The notes beneath the pieces are model-generated. The model was not told the origin of the DNA and did not search any database. It worked only from the letters and a program-made list of their open reading frames with translations. The position numbers and the translations under genes are program-made. 64,000 nucleotides of DNA, from NCBI GenBank assembly GCA_035263105.1, contig DATFRO010000021.1, forward strand, positions 41,254-105,253, written 5' to 3'. Within the stretch, counting starts at the first letter, position 1, and every line of letters starts with the position of its first letter. Shown here piece after piece: positions 39,436 to 48,379 of the stretch. The DNA is from Steroidobacteraceae bacterium (GTDB lineage: Bacteria > Pseudomonadota > Gammaproteobacteria > Steroidobacterales > Steroidobacteraceae).

Positions 39436-41040
39436 ATGCGAAATCGCCTCATCGCCCTCTTCGTCATCGCAGCCCTGCTCGCTGCCTGCACCGGCATGCA
39501 GACCCAGGGCGGTGGCTCGTCCGGCGGATCTTCCGGCGGGTCCTCAGGCGGATCATCCGGATCCTCGGGTGGATCCTCAGGCGGTTCGTCGGGTTCCTCG
39601 GGTGGGTCTTCGGGCTCTTCGGGTGGCTCATCGGGCTCGTCAGGCGGGCAGACTGGGTCCTCCGGCGGATCGTCAGGCGGTCAGTCCGGCGGATCCTCGG
39701 GCGGCGATTCGGGTTCCTCAGGTTCTTCGGGTGGATCGGCTGGTACGGCGGGACCGCCGAGCTGGCCGAGCCCCAATGACTCCCCCAACGGCAGCTCGAA
39801 TGGCAGTGCCGGTGGGAGCGAGGGCGGCGGTAGTGATTCCCCGGGCGGCGGATCAGCAGGCACGGCAGGACCGCAGAGCTGGCCGAGCCCCAATGACTCG
39901 AGTGGCGGCAGCTCCGACGGCAGCGCTGGCGGCGGGTCCGAGGGCGGTGGATCTCAGTCCTCGACGACGTCCAGCAATGGCGGCGGCAGCAGTTCCGGCG
40001 CCGCGGGCGGCCAGGCGGGCAGTAACAGCTGGCCCTCTGGCGACAGCTCTTCGGGCGGCACCTCAGGGTCCGCGGGCGGCCAAGCCGGTGCTCAGGGCTC
40101 CGGTGGTCAGCAAGGCACGGACGGCCAGTCCGGAACGAGCGGTGGCGCCGGTGGCCCGTCAGGAAGCATGGGCGGTCAGCAAGGCGGCGGCGGCCAGCAA
40201 GGGAGCGGTGCGTCAGCGCAGTCCGCTGGAGCCGGCGGCCAGCAGGGCGCAGGTGCGGGTGGTGCCGGAGGCGCTGGTGGACAGCAGGGTGCCGGAGCCT
40301 CAGGAGCCGGAGGACAACAGGGCGCGGGCGCCGCAGGCGCCGGTGGCCAACAGGGTGCAGGTGCTGCGGGCGGTGGTCAGGCGGGCGTGAGAACCGCATC
40401 GGCCGGCGCCGGTGGCGCGATGAGTGGCGCCGGTAATGCCGGAGCGGGCGGCGTGGAGGGCCAGAACGGTGGTCCGGGACAGGGCCCCAACATGCCGGGC
40501 GGTGGCGGCGCACAGACCGATGCGGAACGCACGGCCGCTGCGAATGCGGCGATGGACGCCTCCCTCGGCGACTTCGACGAGAAGATCCGCAAGGAGCGCG
40601 AGCGGATTGCCAAGGAGCGCGATGCCGAGGCGGCGAACTCGCACGGCGCTTCCGGGGACTCGAGTGGCAGCAACGGCAGCTCGCCGGTCAGCGAAGGCGG
40701 CGGCGGCGCGGGGCGGCCCGGTGGCAATGACGGTGACCTGCGCTCCACGGGCGCAGGTTCTACGGGCGCCGGCGGCACGCCGGGCGCGGGTGGCGCATCC
40801 GGTTCTCCGGGCGGCACGAATTCTTCGGAGAAGGGCGGGCACGGTGGCGGTGGTGGCACCGGCGGCGGCGGCGGCAAAGGCGGCGGCGGCCCGAACTCCA
40901 CGCCCAAGAACATCCCGGATGGCAGTGACGATGACACGATCGCACGCCAGATTCGCGAAGCGGCGGAGAAGGAAACGGATCCGGAGCTCAGAGACAAGCT
41001 CTGGAAGGAATACATCGAGTACAAGAAGAACGCGCACTAG
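39436..41040 (+). CDS. lipoprotein with a Gly/Ser/Gln/Ala low-complexity region of about 330 aa and a charged helical C-terminal domain
   Basis: Lipobox LLAAC, GGSS-type repeats, two copies of a roughly 39-aa unit containing SAGTAGP(P/Q)SWPSPNDS, and GGQQGAGA repeats. The C-terminus is DDDTIARQIREAAEKETDPELRDKLWKEYIEYKKNAH. Confidence 0.7.
   Translation: MRNRLIALFVIAALLAACTGMQTQGGGSSGGSSGGSSGGSSGSSGGSSGGSSGSSGGSSGSSGGSSGSSGGQTGSSGGSSGGQSGGSSGGDSGSSGSSGGSAGTAGPPSWPSPNDSPNGSSNGSAGGSEGGGSDSPGGGSAGTAGPQSWPSPNDSSGGSSDGSAGGGSEGGGSQSSTTSSNGGGSSSGAAGGQAGSNSWPSGDSSSGGTSGSAGGQAGAQGSGGQQGTDGQSGTSGGAGGPSGSMGGQQGGGGQQGSGASAQSAGAGGQQGAGAGGAGGAGGQQGAGASGAGGQQGAGAAGAGGQQGAGAAGGGQAGVRTASAGAGGAMSGAGNAGAGGVEGQNGGPGQGPNMPGGGGAQTDAERTAAANAAMDASLGDFDEKIRKERERIAKERDAEAANSHGASGDSSGSNGSSPVSEGGGGAGRPGGNDGDLRSTGAGSTGAGGTPGAGGASGSPGGTNSSEKGGHGGGGGTGGGGGKGGGGPNSTPKNIPDGSDDDTIARQIREAAEKETDPELRDKLWKEYIEYKKNAH
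39508..40500 (+). repeat. coding low-complexity / tandem-repeat region (GGS, GGQQGAGA units), including a tandem duplication of about 117 nt at 39727-39960
   Basis: Read directly from the translation of 39436-41040. Synonymous codon variation between repeat units suggests the repeats are maintained at the protein level rather than arising from recent slippage. Confidence 0.8.
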
Positions 41041-41063
41041 TTGAGGTCGAGGATCAAGGAATC

Positions 41064-42359
41064 ATGACGGCTCTCAGGTTCACGCATTGCGGATTCGGCC
41101 GGGCGGCAGCCGTTTCCTTCGCACTGCTGCTCCTCGCCGCGCTGTCGGGATGCGTCGTCGAGGAAACGCGGCCCCTGCCCAAGGTGCACGCGGTGCAGGC
41201 GAAAGAGGAAATTCCGGCCGACGAGCTGCTCGATGTCGGCGTACGCATCTTCGATCCGGGCATTCCACCCGAGGTGGAGACCGACCCGACGGCCCAGGAG
41301 AAAGAGGGCATCTATCCCGACGTGCGCCGCGCCGAGGCGCGCTACATGTCGATGCTGCTCCGGAACACGCTCGAGACCACGGCGCAGTGGGGCGCAGTGC
41401 GCGTGATCCCTGCGACCGCCGAGTTCGTCGATGTGCTGGTCACCGGCAAGATCGTGAAGTCCACCGGCAAGGAGCTCGAGCTCCTCATCACCGTGCGCGA
41501 TTCGACCGGCCGCACCTGGTACACGGAAAAGAAATACGAACAGGAAGCGGACCTCGGCTCCTATCTGAGCGATGCGGCGCTCAAGGCCCGCGATCCGTTC
41601 CAGAACATCTACTCGACGATCGCGAACGACATGCTCGCGTTCCGCAACACGATCCCCGAGCCCGACCGGCGCATGGTTCGGCGCGTGACCGAGATGCGCT
41701 TCGCGCAGGACCTGGCCCCGAACGCCTATTCGGACTACGTGGTGCAGGACAAGGAAGGCCGCTACACGCTCAAGCGCCTGCCCGCGGATGGCGACCCGGT
41801 GTTCGAGCGCGTGCAGAAGGTCCGCGAGCGCGACGGCGCGCTGATCGACACCGTGAGCGACTACTACGGCAACTTCTACGATCACTTGAGTGAGCCGTAC
41901 GGCAACTGGCGCCGCTACAGCTATGACGAGATCAACAAGGAAGAGAAACTGAAGTCACAGGCGCGCACGCGCATGATCATGGGTGCCGCCGCCGTGCTCG
42001 GCAGCATCCTGGTGTCTTCGCAGTGCCCGGGCTCGGACTACAACTGCCGGCGCGTTGAGAGTGCGGTGCGCACGGCCGGCACCCTCGGCGGCATCGCCGG
42101 GATCATGAGCGGCCTGAAGAAGAACGCGGATGCAAAGATTCACACTGCGGCGATCAAGGAACTCGCGACCTCGTTCCAGACGGAAGTCGCGCCACAGGTG
42201 GTCGAAGTGGAAGGTCGCACCCTCAAGCTGACCGGCACGGCCGAGGACCAGTATCGCGAGTGGCGCGAGATGCTCAAGCAGATGTATATCGAGGAAACTG
42301 GCGGCGCGACCAACACGACGATCGCCGCGGGTAGCCCGACCACTACGACACCGCGTTGA
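41064..42359 (+). CDS. lipoprotein (431 aa) with a C-terminal Gly-rich hydrophobic segment
   Basis: Lipobox AALSGC, the later hydrophobic stretches MIMGAAAVLGSILV and GTLGGIAGIMSGL, and a Thr-rich tail. No family recognised. Confidence 0.65.
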   Translation: MTALRFTHCGFGRAAAVSFALLLLAALSGCVVEETRPLPKVHAVQAKEEIPADELLDVGVRIFDPGIPPEVETDPTAQEKEGIYPDVRRAEARYMSMLLRNTLETTAQWGAVRVIPATAEFVDVLVTGKIVKSTGKELELLITVRDSTGRTWYTEKKYEQEADLGSYLSDAALKARDPFQNIYSTIANDMLAFRNTIPEPDRRMVRRVTEMRFAQDLAPNAYSDYVVQDKEGRYTLKRLPADGDPVFERVQKVRERDGALIDTVSDYYGNFYDHLSEPYGNWRRYSYDEINKEEKLKSQARTRMIMGAAAVLGSILVSSQCPGSDYNCRRVESAVRTAGTLGGIAGIMSGLKKNADAKIHTAAIKELATSFQTEVAPQVVEVEGRTLKLTGTAEDQYREWREMLKQMYIEETGGATNTTIAAGSPTTTTPR

Positions 42360-42366
42360 GCTTCAT

Positions 42367-44685
42367 ATGCCGGGTTTGAACAGCGGGCAGCAACTGTCCG
42401 GGCGGTACAGTTTGCGCGAGCGACTCAGCGCCGGCCCGCTGGGTGAGACCTGGCGCGCACACGATTCCCAGCTCGATCGCGAAGTGGTCATCCGCCTGCT
42501 GCCGCAGGTGGCTCCCGCTGCGCTCGCGAGCGCGAACGCCGAGCTCGCGTCGGCCGAACAGCTCGATCCCGCCAGCATCGGCGCCGCGCGCAGCATCGAG
42601 CGCGATGGCGAGCAGCTCTACCTGGTTCGCGACTACGTTCCCGGCACCGATGTCTCCGCACTGCGCGCGGGCTCCTGGCGCGTCATCGCTTCCGCGGTGG
42701 CGGGAGCCGCGGACGCCCTCGCGAGGCTTCACCAGGCGGGACGCGTCCATCGCGACATCAAGCCCGGCAACATCGTGCAGCGACCGGATGGATCGGTGGC
42801 CCTCATCGATTTCGGCAACGCGGCGCTCGAGGGCGCGAACGCGCCGCACGGCGCGCTGTCGCGCTACAGCGCCAGCCCGCAACAGCTGGCCGGCGAGCCG
42901 GCGACGGCCGCCGACGATGCGTACGGCCTGGGTGCCGTGCTCTATGAGTTGTTGAGCGGCTACCCGCCGTTCTATCCGAATTTCAGCCGCGAGCGCGTGC
43001 TCTCCGAAGCGGTAGCGCCGCTCAAGCCGGCGCAGCCCGCGCCGCAGCCGCTCCTCGACCTGACCCTGCGGCTGCTGGCGAAGTCACCGGCCGAACGTCC
43101 CAGCGATCTCGCGCAGCTCGCACAGCAACTGCGTGAGCTGGTGAAGGGTGCAAACGACAGCGTCGCGAGCCCGAGCCGCGCGGCGGCCGGCTCGGATGCG
43201 GCGCCGGTCGTGACCATCGTGCGTCCGATCCTGCGTCCGGCCGCGCAAGGCGAGCGTACGAAGGCGGCGGCGGGTCCGCAGCGCCGCTGGTTGATCGGCG
43301 CCGCGTTCGCGCTGCTCGTGCTGCTCGCCCTCACGGTGCTGGTCGTGCTGCCGAGGTTCGTGCAGCGGCCGGCGGCCACGAGCACTGCACCCACCACCGC
43401 GAAGACTGCGCCCGCGCCCAAGCCTGCAGAGCCCGTCGAACCGGACCTGCGCACGCTCGCCGAGCAGATGCAGGAGGCCGAGCAGGTGCGCGACCAGTAC
43501 GACTCGCTCTACGAGTCGCTCGACAAGCGCGCCGTGAAAGAGTGGGCGCCGCAGCCCTTTGCCGCTGCGACCCACCACGGCGAAGAGGCGCGCAAGCACT
43601 ACTCCGTGCGCGAGTTCAAGGAATCAAAGGACGCGTACACCGCCGGCCTCGAAGAGCTGCGCAAGGCCGACGCGCTCGCCGAGCCGACGCTGCGCACGCA
43701 GATCGAAAAAGGCGAAGCCGCCCTCGTCGCCGGCCAGTCGGCCGCCGCACAAGCAGCCTTCACGCTCGCACTCAAGATCGATCCCGCGAACGCCGCTGCG
43801 ACCAGGGGCCTCAAGCGCGCGGGCACGCTCGACCAGGTGAACGCATTGCTGGCTAATGCGGCGAGCGCGGAGCGCACCGGCCAGCTGCCGCTCGCTGTGC
43901 AGCAGTTCGAAGAAGCCCTCAAGCTCGATCCCGACACGACAGCGGCGCGCGATGGCGCCGCACGCGTGCGTGCGCGCATCTCCGGCGACCAGTTCGCGGC
44001 CGCGATGTCGCAGGGGCTGGCACAACTTTCGGCGGGCAAGCTCGACGCGGCACGCGCGGCGTTCGAGCGTGCCAAGGGCATTCGCCCGAACGCACCGGAA
44101 GTGACCGATGCCTTGAACCAGGTCGCGCAGCAGCAGACCACGCTCACCATCGCGCAGCGTCGCGAGCAGGGAGAAAAGTTCGAGCACATCGAGCGCTGGG
44201 ATCTCGCCGTGGCCCAATACGATGCGGCCCTGAAGCTCGATCCGGGTCTCGAGTTCGCGCTCGCGGGCCGTGCCCGTGCCGCTCCGCGCGCGGAAATGGC
44301 CCAGCAGCTCGATGCGGTCATCAAGCAGCCGGAGCGGCTCCTCTCGGCCTCGGTGCGCGAGCAAACCAAGGCCTTGGTGGCGGCGGCGAACAAGGTCGAT
44401 CCGCAGGGCCCGCTGCTGCGCCAGCAGGTGACGACGGTGACCGCGAGCCTCGCCCAGTTCGAGGCGCCGGTGCGCATCGCGCTGGAATCGGATAACCAGA
44501 CGCAGGTGGTGATTCACCGCGTCGGTCAGCTCGGCATGTTCGACCACCGTGAGATCGACCTGCAGCCGGGCACTTACACGGTGATGGGAACCCGGGTCGG
44601 GTATCGCGATGTCCGCCGCGAGATTACAGTGATACCCGGGAAGGCACTCCCGCCCCTCATCGTGCGCTGCGAGGACCGCATTTGA
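42367..44685 (+). CDS. atypical Ser/Thr kinase-like protein: kinase domain - TM - TPR repeats - C-terminal PEGA-like domain
   Basis: HRDIKPGNIV and DFG are present. The Gly-loop is degenerate (SAGPLGE) and the VAIK lysine is replaced (VVIRLL). TM: WLIGAAFALLVLLALTVLVVL. TPR-like repeats follow, ending with PGTYTVMGTRVGYRDVRREITV. Confidence 0.8.
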   Translation: MPGLNSGQQLSGRYSLRERLSAGPLGETWRAHDSQLDREVVIRLLPQVAPAALASANAELASAEQLDPASIGAARSIERDGEQLYLVRDYVPGTDVSALRAGSWRVIASAVAGAADALARLHQAGRVHRDIKPGNIVQRPDGSVALIDFGNAALEGANAPHGALSRYSASPQQLAGEPATAADDAYGLGAVLYELLSGYPPFYPNFSRERVLSEAVAPLKPAQPAPQPLLDLTLRLLAKSPAERPSDLAQLAQQLRELVKGANDSVASPSRAAAGSDAAPVVTIVRPILRPAAQGERTKAAAGPQRRWLIGAAFALLVLLALTVLVVLPRFVQRPAATSTAPTTAKTAPAPKPAEPVEPDLRTLAEQMQEAEQVRDQYDSLYESLDKRAVKEWAPQPFAAATHHGEEARKHYSVREFKESKDAYTAGLEELRKADALAEPTLRTQIEKGEAALVAGQSAAAQAAFTLALKIDPANAAATRGLKRAGTLDQVNALLANAASAERTGQLPLAVQQFEEALKLDPDTTAARDGAARVRARISGDQFAAAMSQGLAQLSAGKLDAARAAFERAKGIRPNAPEVTDALNQVAQQQTTLTIAQRREQGEKFEHIERWDLAVAQYDAALKLDPGLEFALAGRARAAPRAEMAQQLDAVIKQPERLLSASVREQTKALVAAANKVDPQGPLLRQQVTTVTASLAQFEAPVRIALESDNQTQVVIHRVGQLGMFDHREIDLQPGTYTVMGTRVGYRDVRREITVIPGKALPPLIVRCEDRI

Positions 44686-47108
44686 GTCTTGCCCTGCGTC
44701 TGCGTGAGCCCCTCGGCGAACGCGCCATCTCGGCCAACGATCTGCCCCTTGCCCTCGGCGGCGAGGGCGCGAGTCTTGCCGTTCCCGGCGTGCCGCCAGG
44801 CGTGACCGCCGCCTACATCGGCTTCGACGAGCAGACCCCATACATCGAAGCCGTGGCGGACTCGGGCATCCCCGTGCTGCTCAACGGCCGCGCGCTGCGC
44901 GAACGCACGCCGCTCCTGCATGGCGATGTGATCCGCCTCGGCGATGCGCAGATCCTGTGCGCGGCGCGCGCCGGCACCGTCAACCTCGAGGTGATCCACC
45001 AGGAAGGCAACCAGACGCAGCCGCCGATCGTCGATCCGTCCGAGCAGGAGGAAGAGGTCGAGCTCGCGCCCGACTCGCAGGCGATCCGCCGCGTGGCGTT
45101 CAAGCCCGTGCTCGCGCCGCGCCAGCAGGTGCGGCGCAGTGCGACGCCCCAGCGCATCGGCCTCACCGCCGGCCTCACGGTGCTGTTCCTCGCGCTCTTC
45201 TACCTGGTGACGGCGAAGCCCCTGATCCTTGTCATCGACCCGCCCGACGCGAAGCTCGACTTCCGCGGCACGACGTTCGACTTCCGCGCCGGCGATCGCG
45301 TGCTCATGCGCCCGGGCAACTACAGCGTGGTCGCAACGCGCGCGGGCTACGAAACCGCGCAGCTCCCCGTGCACTTCAAGGGCGACAAGGGCGAGCAACT
45401 GAAGATCCGCCTCGCCAAGCTCCCCGGGCAGATCCACATCGACACGAATGGTGTGGCGGGCACGCTCAGCATCGACGGCAAGCCCGTCGGGCCCGTGCCG
45501 GGCGACTACCCGGTGACCGCCGGCAAACGGGAATTTCGCATCAGCGCGCCGCGCTACGAGGACTTCGCCGCGGCCGTGGAAGTGAAGGGTCTCGGCGAGA
45601 AACAGCGTGTCAACGCAAAGCTCAAGCCTGCGTTCAGTCCGGTGACGATCGAGTCCGAACCCGCGGGCGCGGCCGTCGCACTGGATGGCAAGGACCTCGG
45701 CGTGACGCCCCTGACAGTGCCGATCGATGCCGGCAGCTACTCGCTCACCCTCACGGCTGCGGGCTTTCGGCGCTGGGAGAGCTCGATCCAGGTGAAGGCG
45801 GACGCGCCGCAGAAGATCGGCCCGGTGAAGCTGGGCCTGCCGGATGGCGTTTTGCTGGTGCGCTCCACGCCCTCGCAGGCCGACGTCAATATCGGCGGCC
45901 GTTACCGCGGCCGCACGCCGCTCGACGTGAGTCTCGCGCCGGGTGTGCAGTACGAAGTGGTCGTGAGTCACTCGGGCTATGAAGACGGGCGGCGCGCCGT
46001 GCCCTCGAAGCCGGGAGAGCGGTCGGCGGTCGAGATGACCCTCAAGCCGATTCTCGGCGACGTCACGATTCGCGGCGATCCCGCGGATGCGCAGCTCTTC
46101 GTCGACGGCCAGCCGCGCGGGCCGGCCAACCAGACGATCGGGCTGCCCTCGACCGAGCTCTCGATCGAGATCCGTCGCGAGGGCTACCAGCCGTTTGCGA
46201 CCAAGGTCGTGCCGCAGCCGGGCCTCACGCGCGTGCTCGAATACCGCCTGCTCACGCCCGAGCAGGTGCGCCAGGCGCGCATTCCGCCGGTGATCCGCAC
46301 GCACACGGGCGGGCAGCTGCGCCGCATACCGACGGGCCATTACGTGATGGGCAGTTCACGCCGCGAGCCGGGCCGGCGCACCAACGAAGTCGAGCACGAA
46401 GTGGTGTTGCAGCGGCAGTTCTATGTGGGCGTATACGAAGTGACGAACGCCGAGTTCCGCCAATTCCAGCCCGAGCATTTGTCGGGCGTGGTGCGCGACC
46501 GCTCGCTCGACCAGGATGATCACCCGGTCGTCAACGTGACCTGGAATGATGCCGCGGCCTACTGCAATTGGCTGAGCGGGCAGGATGGACTCCCGCCTGC
46601 GTACACACAGCAGGGGGATACGTACGTGTTGGCGAAGCCGGTCACCACCGGATACCGCTTGCCGACCGAAGCGGAGTGGGAATGGGCCGCGCGCTACGAG
46701 AACGGACAGGCCACCCGGCGCTATCCCTGGGGCGCCTCGCTCCCGGTCCCGGAGAATTCAGGGAACTTTGCCGACAAACGGGCGCTCGCAGTCAACGCTA
46801 CCGCCGTAGAGAACTATGAGGACGGATTCGTGACCACGGCCCCGGTGGGCAAGTTTCCGGCAAGCCCGCTCGGGCTGTACGACATCGGCGGGAACGTGAC
46901 CGAATGGGTCCATGATTTCTACACTGTGTATCCGGAAGGGTCACCGATGACGACCGACCCGCTGGGACCCGACTCGGGGCCCCAGCACGTCGTGCGCGGT
47001 TCGAGCTGGCGCAGCGCCAATGTGGCGGAGCTGCGCCTGGCGTGGCGCGAACACGCGGACGGCAAGGCGCAACACATCGGCTTCCGGATTGCGAGGTACG
47101 CTGAATGA
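44682..47108 (+). CDS. FHA-like domain - TM - five PEGA-like domains - formylglycine-generating-enzyme (FGE/SUMF1) type domain
   Basis: N-terminus ...VLLNGRALRERTPLLHGDVIRLGDAQI (divergent FHA). TM: IGLTAGLTVLFLALFYLV. Repeated units end in GYETA, RYEDF, GFRRW, GYEDG and GYQPF. The C-terminus has HPVVNVTWNDAAAYCNWLS ... YRLPTEAEWEWAAR ... GNVTEWVHDFY ... RGSSW ... GFRIAR. Confidence 0.8.
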   Translation: MSLALRLREPLGERAISANDLPLALGGEGASLAVPGVPPGVTAAYIGFDEQTPYIEAVADSGIPVLLNGRALRERTPLLHGDVIRLGDAQILCAARAGTVNLEVIHQEGNQTQPPIVDPSEQEEEVELAPDSQAIRRVAFKPVLAPRQQVRRSATPQRIGLTAGLTVLFLALFYLVTAKPLILVIDPPDAKLDFRGTTFDFRAGDRVLMRPGNYSVVATRAGYETAQLPVHFKGDKGEQLKIRLAKLPGQIHIDTNGVAGTLSIDGKPVGPVPGDYPVTAGKREFRISAPRYEDFAAAVEVKGLGEKQRVNAKLKPAFSPVTIESEPAGAAVALDGKDLGVTPLTVPIDAGSYSLTLTAAGFRRWESSIQVKADAPQKIGPVKLGLPDGVLLVRSTPSQADVNIGGRYRGRTPLDVSLAPGVQYEVVVSHSGYEDGRRAVPSKPGERSAVEMTLKPILGDVTIRGDPADAQLFVDGQPRGPANQTIGLPSTELSIEIRREGYQPFATKVVPQPGLTRVLEYRLLTPEQVRQARIPPVIRTHTGGQLRRIPTGHYVMGSSRREPGRRTNEVEHEVVLQRQFYVGVYEVTNAEFRQFQPEHLSGVVRDRSLDQDDHPVVNVTWNDAAAYCNWLSGQDGLPPAYTQQGDTYVLAKPVTTGYRLPTEAEWEWAARYENGQATRRYPWGASLPVPENSGNFADKRALAVNATAVENYEDGFVTTAPVGKFPASPLGLYDIGGNVTEWVHDFYTVYPEGSPMTTDPLGPDSGPQHVVRGSSWRSANVAELRLAWREHADGKAQHIGFRIARYAE

Positions 47109-47521
47109 ACACGCCCATCAGAGACTCCACACGAACACCGCGCCGTTACCCGGCGGCGTGGATCACGCTCGCGCTCCTGGCGCTCGCACCGGTTGGTGCG
47201 CTGGTGTCACAGGATGCGCCCAAGCCCGCGACGCCGGAGGAAGGAGCACCGGCTGCGAAGGAAGCACCGCCGGCCGCAAAGAAGACGCCGGCGTCAAAGC
47301 CCGCGGCGGACTCCACCAAGCCCGCTGCTGATTCGACCAAGGCCTCCACTGCGAAAGCGCCTGCCGCGGGTGCTGACAAAGGCGAGGCCGGCAAAGCGCC
47401 AGCCAACGGCGAGCAGGCCGACAAGGGCGACGACATCGACAAGTCGCAGGCTCCTACCATCTTCGTTCCAACCCAGAAAACATCGGCAGACAACAGTGCA
47501 ACATTCCCGATCGACATCTGA
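47105..47521 (+). CDS. membrane-anchored or secreted Ala/Pro/Lys-rich protein (TolA/TonB-spacer-like)
   Basis: N-terminal hydrophobic helix AAWITLALLALAPVGALV, then KPATPEEGAPAAKEAPPAAKKTPASKPAADSTKPAADSTK.... Third-position GC supports this frame over the overlapping Arg-rich frame. Confidence 0.65.
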   Translation: MNTPIRDSTRTPRRYPAAWITLALLALAPVGALVSQDAPKPATPEEGAPAAKEAPPAAKKTPASKPAADSTKPAADSTKASTAKAPAAGADKGEAGKAPANGEQADKGDDIDKSQAPTIFVPTQKTSADNSATFPIDI

Positions 47522-48353
47522 AGCCTCCGCGCCAGCCCCGGCTGCGCGCGCGACGCCACGCAGCTCTCAGCAGAGCGAGTTCCTCTTCAGCACCTTCGCG
47601 TTGATCATCACCGCGATCCTGGTGCATGCGCTCTACGTGGTGCACATCCGCCCGCGCGGCGACGCCATCATGGCCGAGCAGTTCGCGAAGATGCGCGTCC
47701 AGGCCAACTACGTGCCGGAGCGCTCGATCTACATCGTGGTGCACGAGTACGAGCCCGAGGTGTGCATCATCCTGATGATCTGGTCGCTGATCCTGCTGGG
47801 TCATCGCATGGTCGACAATCGCGCACAGCGCAAGCTCCTGGCATCGGGACTGCTCAACATCCCGCCGGGCATGCGCATCCTGCCGAAGGACACGCGCGAG
47901 TACGCGCGACAGATGGAAGCGCTCGATCCCAAGACCCAGGAGCTGCTCCTGCCGCGCGCGATCGTGGCATCGCTCGAGCGCTTCGGCTCGACCGACAACA
48001 TCCATGACGCCGCCGAGGCGGGCCGCGCGGTGTGCGAGTCCGAGGCCGAGCGTCTCGACTCCGAGCTCTCGATGGTGCGCTACACGGTGTGGGCGATTCC
48101 CGCCATCGGGTTCGTCGGCACGGTGCGCGGTATCGGCGCGGCGCTCCAGCAGGCGCACCAGGCGGTGTCCGGGAACATCAGTGGCGTCACCGAAGCGCTC
48201 GGCATCACCTTCAACGCCACGTTCACCGCGCTCACCTCGAGCATCATCGTGATGTTCTTCCTGCACCAGCTGCAGCTCGCACAGGAACGCATGGTGCTCG
48301 ATACCTCGAGCTACCTGGACCAGCATCTGCTGCGGCACATGCGCGCGTCCTGA
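47496..48353 (+). CDS. MotA/TolQ/ExbB-family proton-channel protein (3-TM ExbB/TolQ topology)
   Basis: TM1 FLFSTFALIITAILVHALYVV, a long cytoplasmic loop, then IPAIGFVGTVRGIGAAL ... GVTEALGITFNATFTALTSSIIVMFFLH, which parallels P-IGL-GTV-GI ... GIAEAL ... of ExbB/TolQ. No in-frame ATG precedes TM1, so the GTG at 47496 is proposed as the start (uncertain). Confidence 0.75.
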   Translation: MQHSRSTSEASAPAPAARATPRSSQQSEFLFSTFALIITAILVHALYVVHIRPRGDAIMAEQFAKMRVQANYVPERSIYIVVHEYEPEVCIILMIWSLILLGHRMVDNRAQRKLLASGLLNIPPGMRILPKDTREYARQMEALDPKTQELLLPRAIVASLERFGSTDNIHDAAEAGRAVCESEAERLDSELSMVRYTVWAIPAIGFVGTVRGIGAALQQAHQAVSGNISGVTEALGITFNATFTALTSSIIVMFFLHQLQLAQERMVLDTSSYLDQHLLRHMRAS

Positions 48354-48379
48354 AGCCGAACCAGCCGAGCACGATCACC

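Noticed and set aside
39508-40500. Highly repetitive DNA that might suggest a CRISPR array, satellite or assembly artefact
   Set aside because: The repeats are in frame inside a continuous ORF that has a lipoprotein signal and a structured C-terminus. Units are short (9-24 nt) or about 117 nt with no unique spacers, so this is a coding low-complexity region.
44574-46340. 588-aa minus-strand ORF (and similar ones at 43624-44841, 23047-24645, 58875-59861)
   Set aside because: These are antisense to genes with strong domain evidence (PEGA/FGE, TPR kinase, coiled-coil FHA, HrpB). Their composition is typical of non-coding frames in high-GC sequence.
47193-47495. N-terminal extension of the ExbB-like ORF (alternative starts at 47193 or 47214) overlapping the Ala/Pro/Lys-rich gene
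   Set aside because: The extension is an Arg-rich frame (RPSPRRRRKEHRLRRKHRR...). The overlapping frame has the better third-position GC and a signal/anchor helix. A 300-nt out-of-frame overlap is unlikely.
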